From: Sedimentisphaeraceae bacterium JB056
GTDB taxonomy: Bacteria > Planctomycetota > Phycisphaerae > Sedimentisphaerales > Sedimentisphaeraceae
Length of the DNA stretch: 64,000 bases
NCBI GenBank assembly: GCA_044440125.1
Contig: JBITAJ010000012.1
Coordinates: forward strand, 64,001 to 128,000
Reading direction: 5' to 3'
Shown: positions 60,845-64,000 of the stretch, piece by piece
How positions within the stretch are numbered: position 1 is the stretch's first letter
Layout of the letters: each line of letters begins with the position of its first letter
Program-made: the position numbers and the translations under genes
The notes under the pieces: model-generated
Seen by the model: only the letters and a program-made list of their open reading frames with translations
Told to the model about the DNA's origin: nothing
The model's database searches: none

Positions 60845-63415
60845 ATGAAAAGCAGAGATCTGGCGCGAGTAGGTATTGACCTTATATTTTTAGCGATTTG
60901 CGTTTTTCTTTTTATAAGCTGCGCAAGTTTCGACATAGCAGATGCGCCAAGCAGGTATGTTTTCCCGAATAATCAGCCGCCAGTTAATGTTTTTGGCAAG
61001 GTCGGTGCTTTCTGTGCTTACTACTGCCTTTATTATCTTGGTCCTGGTATTTATATAGTTCTTGCTTCTCTCAGTATTTTCCTTTTCACGAACCTTATCG
61101 GTAAAAAGACAAATCAGATTGTACTGCGTTTTATCGGTATGCTGTTGCTTGCGATAGTGGTATCGTGTTCGGCTTATTTATTATGCAGATTCGGGTCCAA
61201 TTCCTTTCCGATGGGTAATGGCGGAATACTTGGTATAGGCGGTTCTTATTTTCTGCTCCGTGACTTTGGTATTCTCGGCAGAGCATTGATACTGGTAGGC
61301 GCGGCAATTGTTGGGGCTGTTCTTCTTGCTGACACACTTGTAATAGCATTGCTCAGAGCTCTTGGCGGATTTTTCTATAAGCTTATGTTTGGAGCAAAGC
61401 CTGCCGCCGAGGCGGTTAAAATCGTAGCGGAAGAGAAAAAAGAGGTAACCAGAAGCTGGATAAGCAAGATATTCAAATCGTCACCTAAAGAGGATAAAAA
61501 AGCTGCTACTAAAGGCGGTGAAACTTATGATGCTATAGAAGTTGAGTCCGAAGATGAAGAAAAGGCCCAGCGCAAAAAGTTTACTATCAGTTCTAAAAAA
61601 CAAAAACTTGAGCCGGTACAGCTTCATCCTGATATAGATCCTGTTGATGCTATACAAAGCATACCTGATGAAGATGCTCCGGGCGTTATAAGTGTTGAAG
61701 AGAAAAATAAAGAAATTGAAGATATCAAGGACCCCGATGTTTCTAAGAAATCGTCAGGAACCGAAGATGAATCTCAGCAGGAATCGGAGACACCTAAGCG
61801 AGCTCCTGTAAAGGTGACAAAAAGGAAACAGCCCAAGCCGAAGAAATATGTCCAGCCTACATACGATGATTACAAACTTCCGCCTTTGAAACTTCTCGAT
61901 GATCCTGTTGGCAATTATGCCAAGGTTCAGGAAGAAATGGTTCGTGATAAGGCCAAGGTACTTCAGCAGACGCTGGATGATTTCAAGGTCAATGCCACTG
62001 TCATCAATGCTGAACCGGGGCCTGCGATTACTATGTATGAGATTGAGCTTGCCGCCGGTATCAAGGTCAGTCAGATAAATGGACTTGCCAATGATATCGC
62101 CCGTTCGATGGCAGTTTCGGTTGTGCGTGTTGTTGCTCCGATACCGGGACGTGATACGATTGGTATCGAAGTTCCCAACAGTGAGAGAGAGATTGTACGT
62201 ATCAAGGATCTGATAAATCGTGCGGGAAGCCTGCCGGGTAAGATGCGTATTCCTATATTCCTCGGGAAGGATTCCTCGGGTTCGGCTCTTGTTGCCGATC
62301 TTGCGGCGATGCCTCACGGCCTTATTGCAGGTACTACAGGTTCAGGTAAGAGTGTCTGCATTAATACTATCATTACAAGCATTATGCTGACCCGCCGCCC
62401 TGACGAAGTTAAGCTTGTACTGATTGATCCGAAGCAGGTTGAGATGGCGCCTTATGAGAATATTCCTCATCTGATGTGCCCGATTGTTACGGAAATGACA
62501 AAGGCGGCCAAGATACTTGAGTGGGCCGTGAATAAAATGGATGAGCGTTACATTCTGCTTAAGGAAGCGGGCGTTCGCCAGATAAGTGAGTTCAACAAGC
62601 TGACGACTGAGCAGCTTTACAAGAGATTCGGCGCGGTAACTCCTGAGGAGCAGCTCCGCGTTCCAAAGAAGATGCCGAGCATTGTTATTATCGTTGATGA
62701 GCTTTCCGATCTTATGATGACGGCGGCCAAGGAAGTAGAGGCGTATATCGTCCGTATTGCTCAGAAGAGTCGTGCGGTTGGAATACACGTAATCCTTGCT
62801 ACTCAGAGACCACAGGCTACAGTTGTTACCGGTCTTATCAAATCCAATCTTCCTGCAAGAATAAGTTTCCAGGTTGCTTCGAGGATGGACAGTCGTATTA
62901 TTCTTGATAAGACGGGCGCTGAAACTCTGCTTGGAAAAGGTGATATGCTCTATCTCAAACCGGGAACCAGTGAACTTGTAAGGGCGCAAGGTGCTTATCT
63001 TGATGATGAAGAGATAAATGGCGTTGTGGATTATCTGAAGAACACGGCTCAGCCTGATTATCATCCAGAACTCATGCAGATGAACAGTGTCAGTACCGAT
63101 GGATTTGAGGAAGATGAATTATTTGATGAAGCGGTTAGGATTGTGCTTGATACCAGACGCGGATCTGTTTCACTGCTCCAGAGGAAGCTTGCGATTGGTT
63201 ACGGCAGGGCTTCGAGAATGATTGAGATGATGGAGCAGGCCGGAATAATAGGTGAGCATAAGAATGCTCAGGCGAGGGAAGTCTTGCTTACGCTTGATGA
63301 GTGGGATGCGCTTCGAAACGGTGATGAGCAAGGTCAGTCGGGAGGCTATGAAGAGGATTTTGACTATGGTGATGATTATGATTCACCGATAGAAGAGATA
63401 CCTGATCGAGATTGA
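60845..63415 (+). CDS. ftsK: DNA translocase FtsK
   Basis: N-terminal TM domain, AGTTGSGKS, LATQRP, gamma domain LQRKLAIGYGRASR. Confidence 0.97.
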   Translation: MKSRDLARVGIDLIFLAICVFLFISCASFDIADAPSRYVFPNNQPPVNVFGKVGAFCAYYCLYYLGPGIYIVLASLSIFLFTNLIGKKTNQIVLRFIGMLLLAIVVSCSAYLLCRFGSNSFPMGNGGILGIGGSYFLLRDFGILGRALILVGAAIVGAVLLADTLVIALLRALGGFFYKLMFGAKPAAEAVKIVAEEKKEVTRSWISKIFKSSPKEDKKAATKGGETYDAIEVESEDEEKAQRKKFTISSKKQKLEPVQLHPDIDPVDAIQSIPDEDAPGVISVEEKNKEIEDIKDPDVSKKSSGTEDESQQESETPKRAPVKVTKRKQPKPKKYVQPTYDDYKLPPLKLLDDPVGNYAKVQEEMVRDKAKVLQQTLDDFKVNATVINAEPGPAITMYEIELAAGIKVSQINGLANDIARSMAVSVVRVVAPIPGRDTIGIEVPNSEREIVRIKDLINRAGSLPGKMRIPIFLGKDSSGSALVADLAAMPHGLIAGTTGSGKSVCINTIITSIMLTRRPDEVKLVLIDPKQVEMAPYENIPHLMCPIVTEMTKAAKILEWAVNKMDERYILLKEAGVRQISEFNKLTTEQLYKRFGAVTPEEQLRVPKKMPSIVIIVDELSDLMMTAAKEVEAYIVRIAQKSRAVGIHVILATQRPQATVVTGLIKSNLPARISFQVASRMDSRIILDKTGAETLLGKGDMLYLKPGTSELVRAQGAYLDDEEINGVVDYLKNTAQPDYHPELMQMNSVSTDGFEEDELFDEAVRIVLDTRRGSVSLLQRKLAIGYGRASRMIEMMEQAGIIGEHKNAQAREVLLTLDEWDALRNGDEQGQSGGYEEDFDYGDDYDSPIEEIPDRD

Positions 63416-63618
63416 TGAGGTATTTCTCTTTTAAGGATTCGGCAGTGCGGAAGTTATTTGATTTTGTAATTCTTTGTAAGCGTTCATTCTGCTGCTTAGA
63501 ATTCTACTCTAACACACTGTGATTGCTGTTTGCCAAAAAACAAACGGCATTTAATGTATAAAGCAGTAGTGTTTTTGGTAAACGTGTGAACGGTTACAAT
63601 TCTTTTGGAATTAGAAAA

Positions 63619-64000
63619 ATGACGATTGGCAAGGGTAAAATAATTACAGTAGGTATAAATCCCGCATGGGATATAAATTGTATGATTGATGGTATTGACT
63701 GGGGAGACCATAAGATCATAGATGAGCAGATATCCACACCTGCCGGAAAGGCACTGAATGTTTCCAAATCACTTGCCTATCTGGGATACATGAGCGTGGC
63801 TGCGGGGCTTTGGGGTGAGCACGATTATGATGATATGGTTGCCAAGCTGCGGCCTTTGAGCGGTTTTCTCGATCTGAGCTTTACTGTTGCCAACGGCAGA
63901 ACAAGGAGGAATGTCTGCATCAGCGATACTCATAATCACAGGCAGATGCATCTTAGACTTTCGGGTACTCTCGCTTCAAGAACCAATATCAAGAAACTTG
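63619..64000 (+). CDS. 1-phosphofructokinase-family (PfkB) kinase, runs off the window (not in ORF track)
   Basis: MTIGKGKIITVGINPAWD...PAGKALNVSKSLAYLG...GRTRRNV. Confidence 0.8.
   Translation, partial: MTIGKGKIITVGINPAWDINCMIDGIDWGDHKIIDEQISTPAGKALNVSKSLAYLGYMSVAAGLWGEHDYDDMVAKLRPLSGFLDLSFTVANGRTRRNVCISDTHNHRQMHLRLSGTLASRTNIKKL

Overview
Bacterial chromosomal window, most likely from an anaerobic Planctomycetota (Phycisphaerae-like). The evidence is the PVC-superphylum small basic protein, a PEP-CTERM protein, the secA-bamD-lptE-ftsH and yicC-gmk-rpoZ-coaC gene orders, and an Etf/lactate-dehydrogenase-type operon. Most of the window is housekeeping: secA end, ftsH, dsbD, purD, nadE, norspermidine synthesis, pheS-rplT-rpmI, tpiA/pheA, dnaN-dciA-gyrB and ftsK. 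Small AT-rich accessory inserts interrupt it: three type II toxin-antitoxin modules, a decaying orphan-gene islet (7.2-10.6 kb), a DUF6978/DUF1828-type pair, and a Sel1-repeat gene bracketed by two whole tRNA-Glu copies. The standout is an AT-rich, translationally coupled four-gene operon at 17.1-21.4 kb (minus strand), next to an IS3 scar. It encodes a TIR-domain protein, a TRAM-less MiaB/MtaB-type radical-SAM methylthiotransferase, a 53-aa ORF missing from the ORF track, and an NSS (SLC6-type) Na+ symporter. I do not recognise this combination as a described system; it is a candidate signalling or anti-phage module. Also notable are mix-and-match REP-like palindromes and tandem NrdR-like boxes upstream of pheA-tpiA. 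All family assignments are by motif recognition only; no searches were run.
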